Assembly: GCF_035084215.1 (NCBI RefSeq)
Contig: NC_090338.1
Coordinates: 15,438,001-15,502,000, forward strand
Origin: Heptranchias perlo
Lineage: Eukaryota
Length of the DNA stretch: 64,000 nt
Reading direction: 5' to 3'
Part shown: piece after piece, positions 11,669-23,664 of the stretch
How the letters are laid out: each line of letters begins with the position of its first letter
Numbering within the stretch: the first letter of the stretch is position 1
Notes under the pieces: model-generated
What the model saw: only the letters and a program-made list of their open reading frames with translations
The model's database searches: none
Told to the model about the DNA's origin: nothing
Translations under genes and position numbers: made by a program

Positions 11669-14600
11669 GGCCCCGATAATAGAGTGGAGGTGGGATGGCA
11701 GCAGCGGGGGGAGTGAATGGGCAAGTGGGTAACCCGACTGATAAAATAACATCCATTTCCCAAGTGATTGCAATTTAATGGTACCACTTAACGTGGCTTC
11801 TGGGTTTGCCATCCGAAAGCTGCGCAGCGGGCAGATTGTGCATCCGCATCACAGGCTGTCAGCTGGAGGAGCTCTATTTAACCAGCCATTGCTCCAATGG
11901 CTTTTCCTGGAGCAAACACCTACACACCACAATGGAGCAGCACAGAGGCAAGGCTGCTCCAAGGTTCAATGATGCCTCACTCGATGGGATGAGGAGGAGG
12001 AGGGATCTATTTTACAGGGCTGACGGGAGGAAGTGGCCTGCCTCTGCCACCAAGAAGGCTTGGCTTGAGGTGGCAGAGGAGGTCACCAGCAGTAGTAACA
12101 TCTCGTGCTTCGTTGCAGGAAGCGCTTCAATGATCTAACGAGATCAGCCAAAGTGAGTACACTTATTGATTCTCCTACACTCCGTCTTCCACATCACCGC
12201 CCCCACTCTCCAACTCATTCTGCACTGCCAACACTACTCTATCACATCACTCCTCACACCCACTTAAGGCTCATCCTCAACTTACCTGCACTTCCTCACC
12301 TCCCCATTACTCACCCCACTACTACCACTCAACCCAATCCTCTGTCTTATACTCACCCTCTGATGCATTGCTTTCACGGTCAGCCTCACCCAAACCAATG
12401 CATTCATCGGTTGGCCACTTCACCATCACTCACTCACACGTCTGCTCTTTGTCCCCTTCTAGGAGAAGAGAGCGCAAAATGCACGGAAGAGGGCGAGGAC
12501 CAGAAGAGGGCTGCAACAAATCGTCATCCTCACAGACGCAGAGCAGGAGACACTGGAGCTCAGCCGAACCCTCGAGTGCCTGTCCGTCGGAGACACCGAG
12601 ACTGGCACCCCACAAACATCTGGTGACACAACTTTAACATTCATCACACACAATATGAATTGATGTTAACATGCCATGCCATCTTCAGCACCTCATCGCA
12701 ACATGACACATCCGTGATGATGCTTGATATTGCCTTCTGTTCTCTTCCAGGGCCTTCAGCTACCGCTGTGACGGCAGAGGGCGATTCCTCAGAGGACCTG
12801 CCGGCCTCTGAGGATGCACCGTCACATCTTAGAGAGCCATCCACCAGAGCAGCTACTCACACCTCGGTGGATCCTAGTAATCAGTTAGTTGGCTTAGCAC
12901 CTGTTGAGTTACCATACACATGTGAGCACGAGCAGACACTGGTGGCAGGGGCAGCATCGTGACGGTGGAAGCACTCCTCTCCAGGCTCTGCTCAGCTGGA
13001 CGCAGATGCGGAACCCTGGGGGCCATCCTTTAAAATGAGAATGATGGAGACACAGCAGCACATTTGCGAGGTGCTGGAACAGGTGCCATGTGCACTCTCC
13101 ACAATAGCGCAGAGAATGGAAGAGTCCAACGCCTGCACGAGTGGAATGGTGGCACAGGTATGGGATGGATTCTCTGAGATACTGTCGCAGGGACGTGAGC
13201 AACTGTCTGAGATAGTGTCTCAGGTAAGTGCAGGAAAGTCTGCAATGGAGAAAAGGCTAGCGTCCATTGAGCTTCAAGCACGGCTCACAAATGAGTCCAT
13301 TCAGGCCCTGACAACAGCCATTCGGACTCAGGGTGAACAATTTTCTGCCGCCTTAAACAGGCAGACAGATAAACTAGCACTGGCCTTAAAATACATCACA
13401 CATGTCCTCCAAACTGTTGTCCAGCAGAGTGGTAGGCGTGATGTGGCCCTGGCCCACGGGAGGGATGATGATAAAGGGGACATGGAAGTGGGGATGCCAC
13501 TCAAAGCGCCCCCAGGTCTCACCCGTTGCCCCCCTCTCAACCAGTATCCGCAATGCTGCCCCTCCTCCAGGTGGCCGAGTCTGCCCCTGCACAGGTGCGG
13601 GTGGAGCAGTCTTTGGAGGGGCCCTCACAAGCTCCAAAACCCAGAGGGTATAGGCCAGAAGCATCTAAGCAGTCAGGGCATGAACATGAGCAACCTGCCA
13701 CTACCTCTGCTGCGGCCACAGGGGATGCACCACGTAGAAGTAGCCACCAGAGAAAGGCGAAGGTTTTGTAAGCACAAAGGGTATGCGCAAGGGTGTTTGA
13801 CAGATGCTCATGTTTTTCATTTATATTTGCTTTTTGTTAAACTCACATTAAATATTATTATTGTCACCACTACTGCCATATCTTGGCCATTCTTGACTGG
13901 CATTTGTGATAGGGCCCTTTCATGAGGTTCACCATGAAAGACGACACTTGATGCCACCCATTGGGTCACTTTTCAGTGGTTGTATGTGTAGTTGCAGGAC
14001 TGTTTTGTGCAGGGAGAGGTGAGCGGCCTAGTGTGGGCGCTCCTCTTTCCAGGTGGTCTGAGGACTGGACTCTTCAAACTTTCTGATGTTAGGAGAACCG
14101 TTCACATATCAGTGACTCCCTGTCCTGATGAGTTGCCAAGTGAGCCGCTGCTCTGCCCATGGGTTCCTCCTCCTCCTCCTCCGCCTCCTCCTCTGCCGCC
14201 TCCTCCTCAATGTGGATGGCAGATGTGGATGCGGCCTCCTCAAGCGGCACCTCTCTCTGTTGTGCCATGTTATGCAGGGCACAACACATGACCATAATGC
14301 GTCCCACTCTGTATGGTGCGTATTGGAGATCTCCCCCAGAACAATCAAGGCACCTAAATCGCATCTTGAGCAGCTCTACAGCATGGTCAATTGTAGACCT
14401 GGTGGCGAGGTGTCTGCTGTTATATCGACGCTGTTGCTCGGTGATAGGGTTCCTTAGAGGTGTCATGAGCCACATGTGCAGGGGTATCCCTTGCCCCGAG
14501 GAGCCAGCTCTTAAGGGTGTTCAGTGCGTGGAAGAGGGGCGGGAAGTTGGATTCCATCAGGATGCAGGAATCGTGGCCAGGGAATCTGGTGCACACGTGA

Positions 14601-15766
14601 AGGAATCTTTTGCGGTGGTCACAAACGAGCTGAGCATTGATGGAGTGATACCCCTTCCTGTTGATGAACAGTCTTGGCTCGTGAGGAGGTGCTCAGATTG
14701 CTACATGGGTGCAATCAATTGCACCCTGCACCTGTGGGAAGCCAGCCACAGCGTCCTCTCCGTCTGGCTGAGGTGGTCCATGGGGAAGTTGACGTACTGT
14801 GAGGCCCTGCGGAACAAGCCATCGGTGACCTGCCTTATGCACTCGTGTGCAGATGACTGAGAAACCCCGACAATGTCCCCAGTGGCACCCTGTAATGATT
14901 CGGAGGCGAAGAAATTGAGGGCAGTGGTGACTTTGACAGCAATAGGTAAGGAGATGCTGCTTGGCCCAGCCGGGAACAGCTTGGCATGAAGGAGGCTGCA
15001 GATGTCTGTGACTACCTGGCGATGGACTCTAAGCCTCCGTATGCACTGCTCCTCAGAGAGGTCCAGGAAGCTGAGCCTTGGTCTGTAGACCCTGTGGCGA
15101 GGGTAGTGCCTCCTGCGACATCGCTCTCTCTGTTGTTGCCCTCTATGCTCTTGTGCAGGTGCCTATGGCGCAGCACTGTGGTGTGGAGCTCCAAGTGGCG
15201 GAGGTGGACGGCGTGCCTGGCGATGTTGCTCGTCCTTGGATATAGTGGTGAATGCAGCCATCCTGATGGTGTGAGTTTGAGGGGGTCCGAAAAGTAGTTA
15301 AATATGTGTGAATAGAAGAATTGTGAGTGGAAATTAAGAATTTTTAACTAAAAACACAAAGATATTGAAGCCAGAAGTTTGTGTGAAAGAACTGATTGCC
15401 CACCTTTTCTCCCCTTCTGTCAAACAAGCATTTGAATGTGCAACTGGCTGCTGGTTGAAACACATCTGTTAGAACATGGAGTGTTTCCCACAGCACGGGA
15501 AACACGCTGAGGATGCTTCAAAATTGGACCCCTGCCTCAATGTGAAGAAAATTAAATACTTCAATAAGTTAAACTATCTGAACAACTGTGTAAAGTATCA
15601 TCCCGCTGGCTTTAATTGCCGGTGGGACCTACGCACTCAGACGCATCCGTGGGGAACCCGGAAATCTGCGGGTTGGAGCTGGGTTCTGAACCTGATCGGG
15701 GTTTCCCCGATTTTCGGAGTCCCCCTGCCCCCAATGCACCCGCTACTTCCCTGCAAAATTGAGTCC
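11669..15766. mobile_element. PIF/Harbinger DNA transposon, decayed two-gene element
   Basis: Myb/SANT-like gene on + from 11932 (MEQHRGKAAPRF...KKAWLEVAEEV...CRKRFNDL). HARBI1-like transposase on - at about 14089-15270 (LLKMRFRCL...CCALHN). GGGCYCGATTTT-like ends. Confidence 0.85.
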
Positions 15767-15964
15767 ATGCTTTTATATAGAAAGCATAGAAATTATAGCA
15801 CAGCAAGAGGCCATTTGGCCCATTGTACCTAGACTGGTGCTAGCTGTTCAACGGCAGCTATCCTTTTAATCCCATTTCCCTGTTTCTTCTGATGAAAATT
15901 TTAAATGTCCTGTTTATTTTTACATGATTTTAGTTTACAATTTATGCTATTTTAGATGTATTCG

Positions 15965-16380
15965 AGAGAAAGCGCGGCAGTCGCCCCCAGTGGCCCGGCA
16001 TAAAGGAGCAGCGGAGAGAGAGAGAGAGAGAGCTCAGAGAAAGCACGGGAATCCCCCCCCCCCCCCCCCCAGTGACCCAGTATAAAGGAGCAGCGAGAGA
16101 GAGAGAGAGAGAGCCCAAAGAAAGTGCGGGAATCCCCCCCGCAGTGACCCGGTATAAAGGAGCAGCGAGAGAGAGAGAGCCCAGAGAAAGTGCGGGAATT
16201 CCCCCCGTAGTGACCCGGTAGAAAGGAGCAGCGAGAGAGAGAGAGAGAGAGAGAGAGCCAAGAGAAAGTGCGGGAATCCCCCCCGTAGTGACCCGGTATA
16301 AAGGAGCAGCGAGAGAGAGAGAGAGAGAGCCCAGAGAAAGTGTGGGAATCCCTCCCAGGAGGGGCAGGATAAAGGAGCAT
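15965..16380. repeat. Minisatellite, about 7 copies of a 55-65 bp unit with C-run, TATAAA and (GA)n
   Basis: Unit approximately CCAGAGAAAGTGCGGGAATCCCCCCCGTAGTGACCCGGTATAAAGGAGCAGC(GA)n. Confidence 0.9.
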
Positions 16381-16563
16381 CAGTGGGTGAGAAGCTTTAT
16401 TCTGTGTTTGGCTGCGCTGTACCTGCCCGAGGAGTGCATGATGCTGAGATTAGGTGCCTAAAGATAATGAGTTTTATTACCCAGCACTAACATTCCTCGC
16501 CTTGATGAACATAAAAATAAAAAAAAGGACAAAGAAAAAAATTTCAACACGAAGTTTCACTAC

Positions 16564-16620
16564 CTTGTGCTTTTTTTTGAAAAATGACAGATGCGTAATG
16601 AATATCTTCTCTTTCTGTGT
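16564..16620 (-). CDS. Cytoplasmic exon 3 (DTEREDIHYASVIFQKKAQ; ITIM IHYASV)
   Basis: 57 nt, TTCTCTGCAG acceptor, weak donor G|GTAGTG. Confidence 0.75.
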
Positions 16621-16699
16621 CTGCAGAGAATAAGATGGAAATAAAGAATTTGTATCTATATACAGAGCCTTAACATAATCCAATGCACTTAACATCTAT

Positions 16700-17462
16700 T
16701 GAATATTTTTTAAAAGGTGAGAGACTAAGAAATGTTGGTGTTCAGAGGGATTTGGATGTCCATGTACATGAATCACAGAAAGTTAACATGGAGGTACAGC
16801 AAGCAATTAGGAAGGCAAATGATATGTTCGCCTTTATTACAAGGGAGTTGGAGTACAAGAGTAAGGAGGTCGTGCTGCAATTATATAGGGCTGTGGTGAG
16901 ACCACACCCGAAGTACTGTGTACAGATTTGGTCTCCTTACCTAAGGAAGGATATACTTGCCCTAGAGGGAATGCAACATAGGTTCAATAGATTGATTCCT
17001 GGGAGGAGAGGGTTGTCCTATGTGGAGACATTGAGTAGAATGGGCCTATGTTCTCCAGAGTTTGGAAGATTGAGAGGTGATCTCATTGAAACGTATAAAA
17101 TTCTTAGAGGCCTTGACAGGGTAGATGCCGAGAGGCTGTTTCCCCTGGCAGGAGTCTAGAACTAGGGGCCATATTCTCAAGATAAGGGGTCGGCCATTTA
17201 GGACTGAGATGAGAAAAAATGTCTTCACTCAGAGGGTTGTGAATCTTTGGAATTCTCTATCCCAGAGGGCTGTGGATGCTCAGCCATTGAGTATGATCAA
17301 GACTAAGATCGTAAGATTTTTGGACACTAAGGGAATCAAGAGATATGGGGATAGGGGAGGAAAGTGGAGTTCGGTAGAAGATCAGCCGTGACCTTATTGA
17401 ATGGCGGAGCAGGCTCGATGGGCCTCATGCCTTACTCCTCCTCCTATGTTCTTATGTTCTTA
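16700..17462 (+). mobile_element. CR1-type LINE 3' part
   Basis: LYRAVVRPHPKYCVQIWSP, LRGDLIETYKIL, FTQRVVNLWNSL; TTCTTATG-type tail. Confidence 0.85.
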
Positions 17463-17727
17463 TACTAGTGACATATACGGTGAATGAAATGACTGAATAA
17501 ATAGGTTTCGGTATTGTGCTTGAAGCTTTTTATAGTGCAGCAGCATCATAAAGATCTATTTTAGTAATGTTTGTTAAAATATCTCATATTTTATCATTCC
17601 ATATCTGACGAGCTTCCTAACCAAAGTATTAAATTAGAACCAAAAATTCAACTCATTGGAACCTGGTAATTTCTATGTTAATAATACCTACACAGTTAGA
17701 GCCACATAAAACGATTCATCTACTTAC

Positions 17728-17805
17728 CTTCTTTTTTTGCCTTTATATTGACAGTTGCATATTCAGAAAAATGACTTGTCTCAGGCACTGATGTCTCGTT
17801 ATCTC
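17728..17805 (-). CDS. Cytoplasmic exon 2 (GDNETSVPETSHFSEYATVNIKAKKE; SxYxxV motif)
   Basis: 78 nt, TTTTTTCCAG acceptor, G|GTAAGT donor. Confidence 0.8.
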
Positions 17806-18619
17806 CTGGAAAAAATATTTTCTGATTAAGACATTAGCATGGTCTGATTTTCAAAAAGCCTTATCAGGTATTTCTACAAAAACTGCTCCATTGATAACGA
17901 GATATATTTGAATGATCAGGGAAGTGGGATCAGTCCTTCAGAGAAAACAATATTGTCTCAATAAGATGTTCATGCAGTACTGAATCTTTGGCACTAGTTG
18001 TCACAAGTGGTTTTAGGAACACTAGAATATTAGTGACACGTGCTAGAGACATCTAATGGTAGTAGTGTGATATCTCAGGAAATGTATGACCATTCTTCCA
18101 GAAGGGAAGTGTTAAGGACTCAATATGCAGCAATGAACTACACTGTAAATTGAGATAGACAGCAAACTTCAACATGATAAGTGAGATTTAAACTAGTGCA
18201 GGCTATCGTTGTGTGATGTGGTTTCTTAATGTTTATGATTTGAACATAGTGTTCAAATGAAGATTAGGAAATATTACAATGCCATGCACATGAAATATGA
18301 CAAATAATGGAAATCACATCATGACATAAAATAATATTGAACTGCATTGTAGAAAATTCCAGATCAATTCCCAGTCTTGAGTTTCAATTACTCTCAATAA
18401 ATGAGCTTCAACAGGTTATCAGTTGGACAACTGCGACTCGTCTCACCAACAGTAGTCTGACTCCTGATTGTCGTTTAGGAAGAGCTGGTAATTGTGATTT
18501 TTCAGTAGTCTCTTTCCCACAGCATCTTAGGCTCTAAGCGTAAGAAAGTACCTGAATAACAATAGTTGCAGTAAAGATCTAACAATAAAAATGTGAAGTG
18601 ATTATGAAGGATAAGAAAA

Positions 18620-20055
18620 TTTCCACCCTTCCCTCGCCTTCACATGGTCCATCTCCGACTCTTCCCTTCCTCGACTTCTCTATCTCCATTTCTGGGGATA
18701 GGCAGTCAACCAATGTCCAGTATAAGCCCACATCGACTCCCACAGCTACCTTGATTACACTTATTCCCACCTCACTTCCTGTAAGGACTCTATTCCCTTC
18801 TCCCAGTTTCTCAGTCTCCCTCACATCTGTTCTGATGATGCCACCTTCCACACCAGTGCTTCCGATATGTCTTCCTTTTTCCTCAACCAAGGATTCCCCT
18901 CGACTGTAGTTGGCATGGCCCTTGACAGTGTCTGTCCCATTATCTGCACTTCTGCCCTCACCCCTTCCGCTCCCTCCCAGAATCATGATAGGGTCTCCCT
19001 TGTCCTCAACTTCCACCCAACCAGCCTCCATGTTCAACGTATTATCCTCCACCATTTCCTCCACCTCCAGTGTGATCCCTCCACCAAATACATCTTCCCC
19101 TCCCCTCCCCTTTCAGCATTCCGATGGGACTGCTTCCTCCGTGACACCCTGGTCCACTCTTCCATCACCCCCAATTCCTGCTCTCCTCCCCATGGCACCT
19201 TCCCATGCGAGCACAGGAAGTGCAACACCTGCCTCTTCACCTCCTCCCTTCCCACTGTCCAGGGCCCCAAACACTTCTTCCAAGTGAAACAGCGATTTAC
19301 TTGTACTTCTTTCAATTTAGTATGCTGTATTCGCTGCACACAATGCGGTCTCCTCTACATTGGGGAGACCAAACGCAGATTGGGTGATCGCTTTGGCTGA
19401 ACACCTCCATTCAGTCTGCAAGCATGACCCTAACATTCCGGTCGCTTGCCATTTTAATTCCCTGTCCCACTCCCACTCTGACTTCTCTGGCCTCGGCCTC
19501 TTACACTGTTCCAACGATGCTCAACATAAGCTCAAGGAACAGCACCTCATCTTCCGTTTAGGCACTTTACAACCTTCCAGACTCAACATTGATTTCAATA
19601 ACTTCAGATCAGAACCACTGCTCCCATTTCTTTGGACAGCAGGTGCTGGTAATGGTTCTGCTGTTGCCATTTACAGCTCCTCTAGACCCATCTTTTGTTT
19701 CTTTACCTCTTCCATTACCGCCCTCCTTACCTTGCACCACCATCTCTTTTTTTCATTTAATCACTCCTGCCCTCCAGCCTATCACAGACTTTCCCTTTTG
19801 TTCTTTCCTCCCCTCCCTCCCCCCCCCCCACCCCCCACCCCCGCAACCCCCCACCCCCCACCCCCCACCTTTCTCTGGCTCTGTACTTACTTATAAACTG
19901 TTTAATCTGCAACTTCTTCCAGTTCTGACGAAGGGTCATTGACCCGAAAAGTTAACTCTTTCTTTCTCCACAGATGCTGCCTGACTTGCTGAGTATTTCC
20001 AGCATTTTCTGTTTTTATTTCAGATTTCCAGCATCCGCAGTATTTTGCTTTTGAT
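18620..20055 (+). mobile_element. Penelope-like element, 5'-truncated (RT thumb, GIY-YIG endonuclease, 3' end with hammerhead motif)
   Basis: LPFLD, CIRCTQCGLLYIGETKRRLGDRF, EQHLIFRLGTLQP. Hammerhead-like core at 19925-19949. Confidence 0.85.
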
Positions 20056-20226
20056 TAAGAAAATGTACTTGCATTCTACAGGATATTTGGATGTAACAGA
20101 ATAAAAGCACAACATTGCTGGTTCTAAGTGTAACTGAAAATCACAAATTGAATACATAATTGCCTTCAACAAAAGGAGTACAGCACTTGTAAAATATCTA
20201 CTATGTTTTTAGTGTTTAAATGTTAC

Positions 20227-20325
20227 CTTGCATTTGCTGTATTTCATTAGCATTTGAATAAAGCTGAGATGCATCTTCTATATTTTCCCTTGGCTGCAGA
20301 GGTTTCTGTCTTTGATTTTCCAAAC
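20227..20325 (-). CDS. Cytoplasmic exon 1 (GLENQRQKPLQPRENIEDASQLYSNANEIQQMQ; YxN motif)
   Basis: 99 nt open, phase 1-1, AACAG acceptor, G|GTAACA donor. Confidence 0.7.
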
Positions 20326-20659
20326 CTGTTCATACAGAGGTCACCTATTAAGATGCATTCAGCTTTCTTCATAACTTTCACGCATTCTAATAACAAACTC
20401 AGTTTTAAAATGGTCCATGAGCACAGATATTTTTTCAAGTATGAAAGACATTGTGACAAGATATTATGGATATCTCTGTATACACTAGATACAGACTTCG
20501 CAAAATGTTGCTGTCCAACTTATTTACTTGTTCTTGAACATTGCAGGTTCAGGACTTGAGCATATAATCTAGGCTGATAATTCAGTCCAAAGTGAGGGAG
20601 TGCTGCATTCTCAGAGGTGAATGGAATATTAAACCCAGACTCTGTCTGCCTGTTCAGTT

Positions 20660-20945
20660 GGATGTAAAAGAAAGAAAGAAAGACTTGTATTTATATAGCA
20701 CCTTTCATGACCTCAGGATGTCCCAAAGCACTTTACAGCCAATGAAGTACTTTTTTGCAGTGTACTCACTGTTGTAACGTAGGAAATGCAGCAGCCAATT
20801 TGCGTACAGCAAGCTCTCAAAAACAGCAATGTGATAATGACCAGATAATCTGTTTTAGTGATGTTGGTTGAGGGATAAATGTTGGCCTGGACACCGGGGA
20901 GAATTTCCCTGCTCTTCTGAGAAATAGTGCCATGGAATCTTTTGT
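20660..20945 (-). mobile_element. DeuSINE-like SINE (resembles shark SacSINE1)
   Basis: Same body and GAAAGGCGCTATATAAATGCAAG-type tail as 32345-32590 and 63350-63790. Family name is from recall. Confidence 0.65.
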
Positions 20946-20954
20946 ACATCAACC

Positions 20955-21175
20955 TTCAGGTCTCTCTGTTCCTGTACCCCCTTTAAAATTGTACCATTTA
21001 GTTTATATTGTCTCTCCTCATTCTTCCTACCAAAATGCATCACTTCACACTTCTCTGTATCAAATTTCATCTGCCATGTGTCTGCCCATTTCACCAGTCT
21101 GTCTATGTCCTCCTGAAGTCAATTACTATCCCCCACATTGTTAACTACATTTCCAAGTTTCATATCAGCTTTGAA
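20955..21175 (-). mobile_element. CR1 LINE fragment
   Basis: WADTWQMKFDTEKCEVMHFG. Confidence 0.75.
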
Positions 21176-21469
21176 GTTATACCCTGTATACCCAAGTCCA
21201 GGTCATTAATATTGTAATATTATAATATATTGGCTTATCCTCGTGCCCTTCAAATTTTCTCATGTCCAGATATAACCAACATAAGTAAAAAATGAATGCA
21301 GCATGAAGATCATTCAGCCCATTAAACCCATTCCTCCTCTAGACCATGTATAGATGGTTCTATTGTGAAATCCACTCAACTTACTAAATGTCTCAAGTTA
21401 TGTTTCCCTGATTTCAAAGATAACTGAGAAATATCCACAACACCCATTTAACCTTGTAACCTAAACTAT

Positions 21470-21880
21470 ACCCGGTCTGGCAATGCCTCGATTTTAAAAT
21501 TCTCATCCTTGTTTTCAAATCCCTCCATGGCCTCACCCCTCCCTATCTCTGTAACCTCCTCCAGCCCTAAAACCCACCGAGGTTCTCTGCGCTCCTCCAA
21601 TTCTGGCCTCTTGCGCATCCTTGATTTTAATCGCTCCACTGTGCCTTCAGCTGCTTCGACCCTAAGCTCAGGAATTCCCTCCCCAAACCTCTCTGCCTCT
21701 CTACCTCTCTCTCCTTCTATAAGACGCTCCTTAAAACCTAACACTTTGACAAAGTTTTTGGTCACCTGTCCTAATATCTCCTCACGTGGCTCGGTGTCAA
21801 ATTTTGATAACGCTCCTGTGAAGAGCCTCGGGGCGTTTTACTATGTTAAAGGCGCTATATAAATGCAAGTTGTTGTTATT
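21470..21880 (+). mobile_element. L2-like LINE 3' end
   Basis: FKILILVFKSLHGL reading and AAAGGCGCTATATAAATGCAAGTTGTTG tail. Confidence 0.65.
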
Positions 21881-22130
21881 CATTTTTGACCAATTGCATA
21901 GCCTAGTGCAGAACTTCCATCATTCCAGCAATTCAGGAACCATTGCCGTCCGAGACTGTTTGACACATCGAAACACAAACACATCTATTTCTCTAATCCT
22001 AGTGGATTATATAATTTATTTTTAAACAAAGATATAATTGTCATTCCTAATTTTTGGAATCATGTGCCACATTCACATTTTATTACATGTATGAAACCTG
22101 AAATTTGTTGCAGCAATTTACAAATCTTAC

Positions 22131-22458
22131 CTGCTGCCTTGAACTTTCTTAGACACAGCACCACTGCCAGGATAATGATGAGGAGAAGAGCCAGACTCCC
22201 AAAAATAACTGTAAACAATTTTACAACACCAAGTTATAGTCCAGCAATTTTATTTTAAATTCACAAGCTTTCGGAGATTTTCTCCTTCCTCATTTACCTG
22301 AGGAAGGAGAAAATCTCCGAAAGCTTGTGAATTTAAAATAAAATTGCTGGACTATAACTTGGTGTTGTAAAATTGTTTACAATTGTCAACCCCAGTCCAT
22401 CACCGGCATCTCCACATCCCAAAAATAACAACATTGGTATGTTTAAAAGTGTAATCAT
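22131..22458 (-). pseudogene. Transmembrane exon (NDYTFKHTNVVIFGSLALLLIIILAVVLCLRKFKAA once the insertion is removed), interrupted by a Penelope-derived insertion
   Basis: Removing 22210-22429 (insert plus one TSD copy) restores a 108-nt phase 1-1 exon. Acceptor CTTCTGACAG, donor G|GTAAGA. Confidence 0.85.
22210..22416 (+). mobile_element. Penelope 3'-end insertion forming a perfect 83-bp inverted repeat, 13-bp TSD
   Basis: Arms at 22210-22292 and 22299-22381, loop TTTACC. TSD TCCCAAAAATAAC at 22197-22209 and 22417-22429. 22291-22416 matches 62389-62514 with one mismatch. Confidence 0.9.
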
Positions 22459-22807
22459 CTGTCAGAAGAAGAAGCATAGATTTCACATTTAGTTTATAGG
22501 TTAATGTAACTTTTTTTAAGCTCCCCTAATGACCCATTAAAAAAACTACTGTCTGATTTACCACTAAGCCGTACAGACCAGAGGGTCTTAGGTTTAATTC
22601 CTGATCCAAGTTAACTGACTTCACTCAGGAATGTAGGAGTGCTACAATTATCCTCAGGACCCTTCAGTTAGGGACAGCGAAAAAAAAAATCACACAGGGT
22701 TCTAGTTCCTGGTTCCAATCCAAAGATTCCTTCTGTAAAGGAGATGTGTGCAAATTACTGTTAAGAAAAGGATGCGATTCAGCTGTGATGCTTCCACTGT
22801 AAAATAT

Positions 22808-23265
22808 ACATAGAAAACAGGAACAAGAGTCGGCCATTCAGGCCTTCAGGCCTGCTCTGCCATTCAAAATGATAATGGCTGATTGTCTAATTCAGTACCC
22901 TGTTTCCCCATATCCCTTGATCCCTTTAGCATTAAGAAATATATCTGTCTCCTTCTTGAATACATCTAATGACTTGGCCTCCACTGCCTTCTATGGTAGA
23001 GAATTCCACAGGTTCACCACCCTCTGAGTGAAGAAATTTCTCCTCATCTTGGTTCTAAATGGCATACCCCGTATCCTGAGACTGTGACCTCGGGTTCTGG
23101 ACTCCCCAGCCATCGGGAACATCCTCCCTGCATCTAGTCTGTCTAGTCCTGTTAGAATTTTATAAGTTTCGATGAGATCACCTCTCATTCTTCTAAACTC
23201 GAGTGAATATAGGCCTAGTCGACCCAATCTCTCCTCATACATCAGTCCTGCCATTCCAGGAATAG
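22808..23265 (-). mobile_element. CR1 LINE 3' end
   Basis: YEERLGRLGLYSLEFRRMRGDLIETYKIL...FFTQRVVNLWNSLP. Confidence 0.85.
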
Positions 23266-23332
23266 GTCAATGATACTCATTGTCTAGGTTAATACATGAA
23301 TAATGTCTATTTGAATGAGAACTGCATTCATT

Positions 23333-23453
23333 GGGGTAGATCTTGTCTTTGTGCGATAGTGTAAAATGGATGGAAATAAAAATGGGGAGAGATGTAAAAT
23401 GGGCTGCCGACTATCACCCATTTTACACAATTACACAAAGTCAAGATCTACCC
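23333..23453. mobile_element. Short palindromic MITE (related copy at about 49020-49154)
   Basis: GGGTAGATCTTG.CTTTG...TGTAAAATGG ... CCATTTTACA...CAAAGTCAAGATCTACCC. Confidence 0.65.
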
Positions 23454-23664
23454 GAACACGGGAGGAGAAGAGGAAAGAGGAGAAAATTGGCAGAGAATTA
23501 GGAAAGAAAATTCGTACAGTACCTACATGGCCATAATATTTAGCAAGAATGAATCCTTGATAATGAAACGTAAGTAATGGCACCACAATGCATATTAGAG
23601 CAGCAAGACACCATCATGGAATGAGTTGGTGACCATGATGTGCCACAAACCAAATATCCAACCT

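Noticed and set aside
15965-16380. CRISPR-like array
   Set aside because: Eukaryotic context and no unique spacers; the units vary only in microsatellite length.
22293-22320. Splice signals at the hairpin loop (TTTCTCCTTCCTCAG|GTAAAT on the minus strand) as a rescue route
   Set aside because: As an acceptor it gives AGT AAA TGA (stop). As a donor it retains the upstream TGA. Neither restores the frame.
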